From IMG/VR virus record IMGVR_UViG_3300025129_000011: a stretch of 64,000 nucleotides of DNA. One strand, 5' to 3'. The notes below the pieces were generated by a model, which had not been told where the DNA came from, made no database searches, and saw nothing but the letters and a program-made list of their open reading frames with translations. The number at the start of each line of letters is the position of its first letter. Positions within the stretch are counted from its first letter, which is position 1. Shown in pieces: positions 29,461 to 39,100 of this stretch. The stretch comes from an uncultured virus (IMG/VR IMGVR_UViG_3300025129_000011) (lineage: Duplodnaviria > Heunggongvirae > Uroviricota > Caudoviricetes). The translations under genes and the position numbers were made by a program.

Positions 29461-32064
29461 ATGGCTAAGAAAAATAAACTACAAGAAGAAGAACTTGCTG
29501 CCCATAAAGAGAGGGTTAGATTGATTAATGAAGCGTCAAAAAGTTTAAATGACTATAATAAGTTATTACACGAAACTGAAAGCCTCAATAAAAATCTATT
29601 ATACATACAAGGTCAACGTGCTAAACTACAAGAAGAAGCTAAAAAGCTTCAAGATGAAATAACTAAACGTGAAGCTAACGGTCTTGCATTAACTGATAAA
29701 GAAATTGATGCCCGTAAGGTTAAAATAGGGTTAATAAATAATGAGGTTAATTCACTTACAAACGTTGAAATTCAAGCTGAGAAAAACCTTAAAATACACC
29801 AAGATGCAGTAAAAAGTGTTAAAGTCCATGCTTTAACTGCAAAAGATATTGTTAGACAAACCAAAGAGTTAGGTAAAATATTATATGACCAACGTCATTA
29901 TTGGTTAAAACAACAAAAATCTGTTAGAGAGACCGAACTTCAAATGGGTATTCTTTCTAACCAAGCTGCTGGATTCAGAGATAACATATATAAATCTTCT
30001 ATTACTACTGCTAAAATTGGTATTAACACTAAAGATTTAGCACAACTTCAAGGTAGATATAGTGACAATATTGGGCGTAGTGTTCAATTATCTGGTGAGC
30101 AATTAGAGGCAATGTCTCAATTAGCTAAAGGTACTGTTTTAGGTGTTGAGGGTGCTGGTGAATTTGCCGCTGAAATGGAAAACTTCAATATTTCAGCAAA
30201 AGGTTCCGTAGCATTCGTTGAAGATATGCTTGCTACATCCACTAAAATGGGTGTTTCAAGTGGTAAAGTTATTAAGAATGTTCAAAATAACATGAAAATA
30301 GCTAACAAATATGCATTTAAAGGTGGTATTAAAGGTTTAGGTGAGATGGCTAACCTAGCTACCAAATTTAAAATTGAAATGCAAACTATTGCTGATTTCG
30401 CTGAAAACTTAATCACACCTGAAGGTGCGGTAGAAGCTGCGGCTAAATTACAAGTTTTAGGTGGTGCTTGGGCTAGATTAGGTGACCCATTCGAGTTGAT
30501 GTATAGAAGTAGAAATGATATGAAAGGGCTAACTCAAGATATTATCAATGCTACTAAAGAAACGGCTAGATTTGATGAAGCTACTGGTGAAGTTACTATT
30601 GACCCAATGGAATTACATAGGTTAAGGGAAGTTGCCAATGCAACAGGAATGTCATTTGATGAATTAGCTAAATCAGCTAGGGAAGCTGCAAAATTTACTA
30701 AAATAGAAAGTGGTATATCTAGTATTTTCAGTGATGAAGATAAATCATTTATATCAAGTCTTGCTCAATTTGATAAAGATAGTGGTGAGTTCAAGGTTAC
30801 CATGCAAGTAGGTAACGAAACGGTAACTGAAAGTGTTGATGCACTTCAAAGAATTACACCTGAAATTGTAAAATCACAACAAGAATACCAGAAAAGTCTT
30901 CAAGGAAGAGCTGAAGAAGCGATGACATTCAATGAAAGATTTGATGCGTTGAAAGATACCTTTAAATCTGGATTATTACCAGCATTTGAAAAGATTTCAG
31001 GTGTGATTGAAAGTTTAATTGCTACTTTCAGTCCTATGGTCACAAATATAGCTGAATTTATGGCTGAATGGCCAAAAACATTTGCAGCTATTGGTGGTGT
31101 AGTTACTGGATTAGCATTGATTGGTAAAGAAGCTTTATGGTTTGCTAGAGGTATTAAATTAGGTTTAGGTTTTAATAGTGTTGCTAATGCTGATGGTGGT
31201 ATTAATAGCCTTTTAGATGATGCTAAAGGTGTTACTTCTAAACAATGGGGTGGTAAATTATTTGGTAATATGGCTAAAGGTGGTGGATTTAAAGGGTTAC
31301 TTAGAAATGTAGGTAAAGGTTCAGTTTCTGGTGGTGCTATTGGTGCTGGTCTTTTAGCTGGTGGTTTAGCTGGTTATAATGAATGGTCTGAAAACAAAGA
31401 AGCTGGTATGGATACTGGTGAAAATATACATCGTACTGCAATGACTGGCCTTGGTGGTGGCCTTGGTGCTTGGGGTGGTGCTGCTGCTGGTGCTGCAATT
31501 GGTTCAATTATTCCTGTAATTGGTACTACTATTGGTGGTATTGTTGGTGGTATTGTTGGTGGTTGGGGTGGTACTAAACTCGGTGATTTGGCTGGTGATG
31601 CTAGATATGGTGGTGAAGGTATGAATTATAGTATGCCACAAAATGATTTCATTGCTAGACCTAATCAAGATGCAATTCCATTTAATTCAAGTGATACATT
31701 GATTGGAGCTAAACCCGATGGACCTATTGATAGAATATTAGATAAAAACGGCATTGCTAAGCCAGGTAAAAATGACGATTCAATTGATAGTTCATCATTA
31801 ATAAAAGCGATTGAAAAAGGTAAGAACATTGAAAGATATATTAGTAAAGAAAAAGCTTATAACCATAGTGGTAGTAAGGTTTTAGTCGAATTTAATAAAC
31901 CTTTAGCGGTTGAAGGAAAGTTAGAATTAACTACTAATGATGGAAGTTTTAAAATTGATTTAAACGACCCATTTTTAATGAGAGAATTGAGTAGGAAGAT
32001 ACAAGAACAATTAACTTCGGCTATTAATGGAGGTAGAATACCTTCTAACCCAATTGTTGCTTAA
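29461..32064 (+). CDS. Tape measure protein
   Basis: Long helical Ala-rich region, glycine-zipper segment, DFIARP..F...D.LIG.K..GP motif; lies between chaperone and baseplate genes. Confidence 0.78.
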   Translation: MAKKNKLQEEELAAHKERVRLINEASKSLNDYNKLLHETESLNKNLLYIQGQRAKLQEEAKKLQDEITKREANGLALTDKEIDARKVKIGLINNEVNSLTNVEIQAEKNLKIHQDAVKSVKVHALTAKDIVRQTKELGKILYDQRHYWLKQQKSVRETELQMGILSNQAAGFRDNIYKSSITTAKIGINTKDLAQLQGRYSDNIGRSVQLSGEQLEAMSQLAKGTVLGVEGAGEFAAEMENFNISAKGSVAFVEDMLATSTKMGVSSGKVIKNVQNNMKIANKYAFKGGIKGLGEMANLATKFKIEMQTIADFAENLITPEGAVEAAAKLQVLGGAWARLGDPFELMYRSRNDMKGLTQDIINATKETARFDEATGEVTIDPMELHRLREVANATGMSFDELAKSAREAAKFTKIESGISSIFSDEDKSFISSLAQFDKDSGEFKVTMQVGNETVTESVDALQRITPEIVKSQQEYQKSLQGRAEEAMTFNERFDALKDTFKSGLLPAFEKISGVIESLIATFSPMVTNIAEFMAEWPKTFAAIGGVVTGLALIGKEALWFARGIKLGLGFNSVANADGGINSLLDDAKGVTSKQWGGKLFGNMAKGGGFKGLLRNVGKGSVSGGAIGAGLLAGGLAGYNEWSENKEAGMDTGENIHRTAMTGLGGGLGAWGGAAAGAAIGSIIPVIGTTIGGIVGGIVGGWGGTKLGDLAGDARYGGEGMNYSMPQNDFIARPNQDAIPFNSSDTLIGAKPDGPIDRILDKNGIAKPGKNDDSIDSSSLIKAIEKGKNIERYISKEKAYNHSGSKVLVEFNKPLAVEGKLELTTNDGSFKIDLNDPFLMRELSRKIQEQLTSAINGGRIPSNPIVA

Positions 32065-32198
32065 TTATTTTATCTCTCAAAACCCTTATAAAATAAGGAA
32101 AAGTAAAATTTTTTAAAAAAAGTTGAGTTTTTCCTTGTATTTTTTTAATTTATTTTGTTTTTTATAAAGTATTAATAGAATATATTATATATTAAAAT

Positions 32199-32238
32199 TA
32201 ATTTAAATACTAATAGTATACTAATTTAAATACTAATA
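32199..32238. repeat. 17-bp direct repeat in an AT-rich intergenic region
   Basis: taatttaaatactaata at 32199 and 32222. Confidence 0.7.
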
Positions 32239-32337
32239 TTGCGTTTTTAAGTTTTCAACTAAACCCTACTGTTTTTAATGAATTAAAATTAAAATATAAA
32301 AAAAGAGTTAAATTAATATTTATAATAAAAGAAAAGC

Positions 32338-35300
32338 ATGGCTAATTCAATAAATTATTTATCTCCCAATTTTAGAGATTTGTTATTAAACAGAAATTTA
32401 ATATTATCTGATACTGTAACTAATAACGGTTTAAGTGTTTCTGCTATTGGTTTAGGTTCTCAAGCGAATATATCCACTAATTTTGATTCCATTCAACCAT
32501 CTGAAAATTTAGAAGATTCAGGTGTTAATTATCGTAATGATGTTATTAGTAGAAATAGATATACTTCAACCGAAGATATGGTTGCCGCAACCATAATAAA
32601 CAATTCTTATAGTTATGCTCAACGTGATGGTGGTTATATTGATGAGAATAAAGATTTAAATCTTGGTGGTTATGGAACCAAAAGTTTGGATGTTTTAGAT
32701 AGTATTCTATCTCAAGAAGGTTTTGGATTAGGAAATGGTAGTTTCACTTCTCAAGGTGACATCAGAACAACATTAGCTGGGAGGGCTCTAGGAGCCACTG
32801 GGGGTATAAATGAGACACCTTTAGGTATAATAGGTGGTCAACAGTTACTTTTAGCTTTGGGTCAAAGAGCGACCTTTAATGCGCAAAGAGAGTTATTCGG
32901 TCAAGTTAATCTTCAACCGTTTAGTTTATTAAGTGGGTCTGACTTTATTGTACCCGATAATAGTATTACTGTTAGAGGTACAACTGCTGGTAGAATTGGT
33001 GATTTAGCTTTAGATATTACAGGATTCAATTTACCAATTGATATTATTGATGAAAACGCTTCAATTTTTACGAATAATGTAGACGTTAATATGAGTGAAG
33101 CTAGTTTATTAAGAAACGTTTCTTTAATCAAATATACAGGTAAAGGACAATTACTTAGATTATTTGATAATCTTAATTTAAATGAATTTAAACCTGCATA
33201 TACTTCAGATGGTGCTGGTAGAAGTAAATTAGGTGTTACTGACCCTCGTGAATATAACGTAAATACTAGTGGTGTAACTTTAAATTCACTTGAGTTTAGT
33301 CCACTTAATGGTTTACCTGTTGCAAGTCAAACAGAATTTAACGGAAGTGATTCAATTTGGAACCCAAATTCAACTTTTAGTGATACTGGTGATTTATTAT
33401 CTAAAACTAAAGATTTATTCAATGATATTGTAAAATATAAAATTAATTTCGATGCTCAAGGTACACCTTTAGTTGATTTCTCACAATTAAACACACCATC
33501 AGGTAATAGATTATCTAAAAGTAGTGGGGTTTTAAGTCAAGATTATCTAATGGGTAGTTCTGATATTGATAATGTGTTTTGTAGAACATGGACATCAACT
33601 AAAACTTATGGTTCAGTTAGTGATTTACAAAAAAATAGCGGGTTATTTAATTATAGAGATAAAATTAGGAATGATATTGAAGATTCTGTATTAGGTAGTA
33701 ATGGTTTTGTTAAAATTTCACCTTATAAAATACCTGATAGCGGTGCTGTTGACCCTTATGAGGCTAAGAAATTCATGTTTTCAATTGAAAACTTAGCTTG
33801 GAATGATTCATTAGAAAACTTACCTAAATTTGAAATTGGTAATGGTGACCCTAAAACAGGAACTAAAGGTAGAATTATGTGGTTTCCACCATATGACATA
33901 AAATTTACTGACACAACAACAATTGATTGGGATTCAACTAAATTCATTGGTAGAGGAGAACCAGTTTATACTTATAATAATACTGAAAGAAGTGGTACTT
34001 TAGCATTTAAAGTAATAATTGATTATCCTGATTATATGAATAATAGTAAAATTATTACTAATGAATTAATGGCTAGTTTAGTTGCTGGTTGCACTGATTA
34101 TAACCAATATTTTTCACAAAATGAATTAGCTCAATTACAAGAAGAAATAAATGCTGATATTAAATTAGAAGAAGAATTTATAGCTACGGACGTTTATTTA
34201 CCAGATAATTTTAACTTTTATTTCCCTAATGACGTTGCTTCGTTATATCCAGATTATGAAGATAACAATGCGATATCCCCACTTATTACATATTCTGAAG
34301 GTTACACATCAAGTGTAGGAACACCTTCCAATAACTGGACTCAATATGGATTAAATACTCGTTGGAATGTAGTAGGGTTTTCAGATTTAATTAAAGAGGC
34401 TGTATTACAAAATAATGGTATAGCTATTAAATTAAGTGGTTATGCAAGTAAAGTTGGGACTGCTGAATCAAATATAAGATTATCTGATGCTAGAATTGCA
34501 ACAGTAAAACAATGGTTTCAAACTAATGTTAAAAGTGATATAAGATTTGTAGAAACAACATCAAGAGGTGATAAAGATGCTACTTCTGATGCTACTTATA
34601 GAGTAGATTCTGAGTTGGTTAAAAAAGAAAGAGCTGTGATAGTCGAATTCATTTATCAACCTGAATACGATGAACAAATATCAAATGTTACGGATATTAA
34701 GACAGAAAAAACAAATTCCGCAGCTAAAGAAATTATACGTAGAGTCACGAATAGATTCCATCGTGAAGATGAATATTTTGAGAAATTAAAGAAAAGTGAT
34801 TCTCAAAGTGATAAAATTATTTATAATAATATTAGGGAGAAAATAAAATTCTTTCACCCAGCATTTCATTCAACAACACCAGAAGGATTTAATTCTAGAT
34901 TAACATTTTTACAACAATGTACTAGGCAAGGCCCAACTAATAAAACTAACAAGAGTAATAATTTAGCTTTTGGAAAACCACCAGTATGTATTTTAAGAAT
35001 TGGTGATTTTTATCACACTAAAATAATAATTAATAGCCTTGGGATAGATTATGAACCATTGGTTTGGGATTTAAATCCAGAAGGTGTTGGAGTTCAACCA
35101 ATGATAGCAAATGTTAATATATCATTTAAATTCATTGGTGGAAGTGCGTTAAATGGGCCTATAAATAAATTACAAAATGCTGTTTCTTTTAATTATTTTG
35201 CCAATTCGGGTGTTTATGACCCTAGAGCTGATAGATGGGTTAGGAAAGAAAAAATAAACCCAACAAAACCAGAATTATTTGACCCTTTAGAAGGTGTTAC

Positions 35301-35805
35301 TAATTTAAGAGAGTTTGCTGAAGAAGCTTATGACCCATTTAAGAAACCAAAAACCTCACTAAAAAATGATGAAAATACTGTAGCTGAAGTTGAAGCTAAA
35401 AAACAAAGTGAAGTAAATGCAACTACCATTTCAGATGAGCAGATATTTAAAAATCTTGGATGGACTGTAAAATTTAATAGTTTTGTAAATTTAGGTACCA
35501 CAAATACTTTTGATTTAACTTATACTAGTGGAGGTAGTTACCCATTAACTAGTCTTTCTAAAAATTATGGCTATAAAATCGAAATTGGAACTTCAAGTGG
35601 GTTTAAAATAATTATGACTGGGCAATTTAATTCTACGTCACCTAACAGTGCGGTTATAAATTCTTCAGCATCAATACCTAATACAACTTGGAATCAATCA
35701 GAGTATGGTACTGGTAATAAATCATTTAAATTTTCTTTAACGAGTGGTGGTCTTACTTATACTGAAACAATAATAGTTGATGTAGAAACTGGTTTAGAGA
35801 TTTAA
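32338..35805 (+). CDS. Baseplate/tail-tube initiator-like protein with an OmpA-like domain
   Basis: WFPPYDIKF...W....IGRGEPVYTY and PPVCILRIGDF motifs; GYAS..G....N.RLS.AR..ERAV OmpA_C signature. Confidence 0.65.
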   Translation: MANSINYLSPNFRDLLLNRNLILSDTVTNNGLSVSAIGLGSQANISTNFDSIQPSENLEDSGVNYRNDVISRNRYTSTEDMVAATIINNSYSYAQRDGGYIDENKDLNLGGYGTKSLDVLDSILSQEGFGLGNGSFTSQGDIRTTLAGRALGATGGINETPLGIIGGQQLLLALGQRATFNAQRELFGQVNLQPFSLLSGSDFIVPDNSITVRGTTAGRIGDLALDITGFNLPIDIIDENASIFTNNVDVNMSEASLLRNVSLIKYTGKGQLLRLFDNLNLNEFKPAYTSDGAGRSKLGVTDPREYNVNTSGVTLNSLEFSPLNGLPVASQTEFNGSDSIWNPNSTFSDTGDLLSKTKDLFNDIVKYKINFDAQGTPLVDFSQLNTPSGNRLSKSSGVLSQDYLMGSSDIDNVFCRTWTSTKTYGSVSDLQKNSGLFNYRDKIRNDIEDSVLGSNGFVKISPYKIPDSGAVDPYEAKKFMFSIENLAWNDSLENLPKFEIGNGDPKTGTKGRIMWFPPYDIKFTDTTTIDWDSTKFIGRGEPVYTYNNTERSGTLAFKVIIDYPDYMNNSKIITNELMASLVAGCTDYNQYFSQNELAQLQEEINADIKLEEEFIATDVYLPDNFNFYFPNDVASLYPDYEDNNAISPLITYSEGYTSSVGTPSNNWTQYGLNTRWNVVGFSDLIKEAVLQNNGIAIKLSGYASKVGTAESNIRLSDARIATVKQWFQTNVKSDIRFVETTSRGDKDATSDATYRVDSELVKKERAVIVEFIYQPEYDEQISNVTDIKTEKTNSAAKEIIRRVTNRFHREDEYFEKLKKSDSQSDKIIYNNIREKIKFFHPAFHSTTPEGFNSRLTFLQQCTRQGPTNKTNKSNNLAFGKPPVCILRIGDFYHTKIIINSLGIDYEPLVWDLNPEGVGVQPMIANVNISFKFIGGSALNGPINKLQNAVSFNYFANSGVYDPRADRWVRKEKINPTKPELFDPLEGVTNLREFAEEAYDPFKKPKTSLKNDENTVAEVEAKKQSEVNATTISDEQIFKNLGWTVKFNSFVNLGTTNTFDLTYTSGGSYPLTSLSKNYGYKIEIGTSSGFKIIMTGQFNSTSPNSAVINSSASIPNTTWNQSEYGTGNKSFKFSLTSGGLTYTETIIVDVETGLEI

Positions 35806-35816
35806 AATTAAAAATT

Positions 35817-36137
35817 ATGGCACAAAAATATTTAGATAGATACGATAGGTTTAGGAGTGACAATGACTATAAACCAATCCCTGGAATTAAGATACCAGAA
35901 AAAAATACAGATAAGTACTTGATTTATAAGGTTGGTAGCACTAGATTTGATGTGTTGAGTCAAAAATATTACGATACACCTTATTATGGGTGGTTAATTA
36001 TGTTAGCAAACCCAGAATTTGGAGGTTTAGAATTCAACATACCAAATAATAAAATAATTAGGGTACCATTCCCTTTCGTTACATCTATTAATGATTATTT
36101 AGATGAAATAGATATATATTTCAAATTGTATGGCTAA
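35817..36137 (+). CDS. Baseplate wedge protein (gp53/LysM-like)
   Basis: RFDVLSQKYY..P.YGWLIMLANP..IRVP. Confidence 0.8.
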   Translation: MAQKYLDRYDRFRSDNDYKPIPGIKIPEKNTDKYLIYKVGSTRFDVLSQKYYDTPYYGWLIMLANPEFGGLEFNIPNNKIIRVPFPFVTSINDYLDEIDIYFKLYG

Positions 36138-39100
36138 TTTAAAGTCGAATGTTAAAGTTACTAAAGTTAAGAATCTTTGGGTTATAGACCCAAATGGTGA
36201 AGACTCTACAGCAGCTAATTTAGAAGATTTAAATATATCTGTTGAGTTAGAAGTTTTAGTAAGAGGTGATGACCCTATAATTTATTCTAAAAATAATATA
36301 AACGCTACTAACCCTACCAGTAATGAAGTAACTAGAATTAGTTTTATTGATGGTTCTGGTAATGAAGAAAAGTATTTAACAACTCACTACACTGAATTAA
36401 ACACTAAATTTAATAGGGATAATAAAGATTTGGGTACATTAGGTATCGAGACAATAGATATTAGTTTTAACACTTCATATGTACCTATTGTAAAAATCAA
36501 ATTCAAAGATATAAGAGGTCAATTATTTGAATTAGGTGAAGAGTCACCATATTCATTTTTATTTAAAATGCCTTACCCAATATTTTATTTAACTGTTAAA
36601 GGTTATTACGGAAAACCCGTTCAATATGCTTTACATATGACTAAATTTAACGGTAATTTAGATAATGAAACGGGTAGTTTTATTATTACATGTGATTTTA
36701 TTGGTTATACATATGCATTTTTATCTGATTTATTAATGGGTATATTAAAAGGAACGCCTTACACACAAAAAGGTATTAATGCTATTAAATCCATTCAAGG
36801 GTTTACAACTTTTGAAGAATTACGAAGTATTGTTAAAAAATTGGAAGATTATATCATTAAATTCAGAGAAGATAATAAACAATTAAAGGCGTTAACCATT
36901 TATGATAAATTAAATACGAAATTACTTTCCATTGAACAATCATTAACAAATGTGTTTCCATTAATATTTGAAGGTTATACTAAACTTACTGACACTGGGG
37001 TAACCACAGCTCAAAACATGGCTGTAGCTATGAATACCAATGTAAATTATTTCACAAATAATCCTGATTATTTAAAACCATATACATTATCTGACACTAC
37101 TAAAAAAGAATATAAAAATTCCACATTAAAATTAGTTGAAGAATATAATGAGTTAAACCAAGTTAAAGGGGATTCAAAAACTTTTAAGTTAAATATTGAA
37201 GATTTTCAATTGGATAGTAATGGAATATTTTATAATAATTTTAAAGTAGCAGATTTTATTCGTAAAAACGAATTTAATATAGCTACTACATCATTTTATT
37301 CATTTGATGAATTTCAAAAAAGTAAGGATATTAAAAAATACCTTAATTTTAAAATAAAAGAACAAAATGACACTTTTATTAAAGAAATGTATGGGTATAC
37401 GCTTGATATAATTAATAAAAAGTATAGAGATAATAATTTAATAACCGACCCTTCAATAAAAAACATGGTTGATATTAGATTTGCATTAAATAAAGTTAGA
37501 TTAACTAGGGAAAAATTACAAGAGGAATTTGATAAAAATAAAAAGTTAGTAACTGAATCTTTCACTCAAGATATTAACAGTTTCTTAAAAAAAGAAGGAA
37601 CTAAATTTGACGCTTCAATAGGGTCTTTATTTAAAATTTTATGTGACCATGTTGATTTATTTATTGATGTTGTTAAAAACCTTGAAGAAGAAATAGAAAA
37701 TGACCGAAAAAATGGTAATAGAAATTTACAAGCAGCTGATAAAAGAAATTTTACTGAATTTATAAGCATTAACGGTTCTAATCAAATTGCGGTTGCACCA
37801 TTTCCAGAATATGTAGAAGATGAAGGTAAAGACACCAACGGTGATGGTACTTTGGTTGAAAAATGGTTAGGTTCTAAGCGTAAATTTAGTGAATATGCTG
37901 AAGTTAAATTTATCAACGATTTATACGATTCTATTAAAATGGCCGCTAAAAAGGATAAAGAAATAATAGAGGGTATTTACGCTGACTCTAAAGCGTGGTT
38001 TCCAATAAACCCATTAGAAACATTAGCGTTTGATGAAAACAATGAAAATCCTTGGAATAGCGTAATCCATTCTAACATACAACCAGCCATGAAATTGATT
38101 GTTCAAAGAATGGCATTATTTTTAGGTTTTTCGCATAAAAATTTAACTATTGAAGAAATTACTGAAGTAGCTAAAATTGAAGCTAATCAAGCCTATAACA
38201 CTCTTATAGATGTTAAAAATGTTATAATAGAACCTAACGGTAATATTGATACACAAATAAAAACATATTTTGGTGATAGTCAAGAAACATTTGGTAAAGT
38301 AGGCACATTTCATGGATTAAGATTATATTATAATAAAAGTTTTTTAGGTGGGGATAAAATTGTTTATCATCACGATAAACCAGATATTGGTAATGGTGGT
38401 TTTAAAAATTTTAATGATGCATTTAATAACAGACCAGAATTTATTCCAATTAACCAAACAACCAAATCTTTAGATAGTAAATTTAATGAATTAAATACAA
38501 ATACTGGTAGAAGTTATTTTAATGGTACGTTTATTAGTAATGTAATATCTAATAGTCAATTGAATGAGGGTACAAATAATGAGATTGAATATGAAAAATT
38601 TATTAAAATAATAGATAAAAGTGATTATACTAAACAATTAATTTACGAAAGTTATGTAACGGGTGGTGACGGTAATGGTGTTGTAAGCGAAATGGCTGAA
38701 AATGAGTTAGTGAGTACACATAATACATTACTTGGTGGTCGATATAGAACACATGAATTCATGACATACAAAACTCCAAAAAGTGAATCACCTTTATTTT
38801 ATGAATTTTATGATATAAGATTAAAAGAAAATCTTATAAGTAGAGCTGGTGATGAAGGTAAAAATTTTATTTTTAATTCAAATTTTAAAAGTAATAAAAA
38901 AATTTATAATTTATTTGGTTCTAGATTTTATTATAATCAAACAGATAATTATAGTAAAGCTTTATTATTTTTACATTCAATACCTTTTGAAGGACTTTTA
39001 TATAAAAATTCTTATGAAATTTTACCTTTAGGGTTATTGAGTAATAAAACTTTAAAATATTTTAATGAAAGGGCTGGGTTTACTTCAATCCCATATTCTT

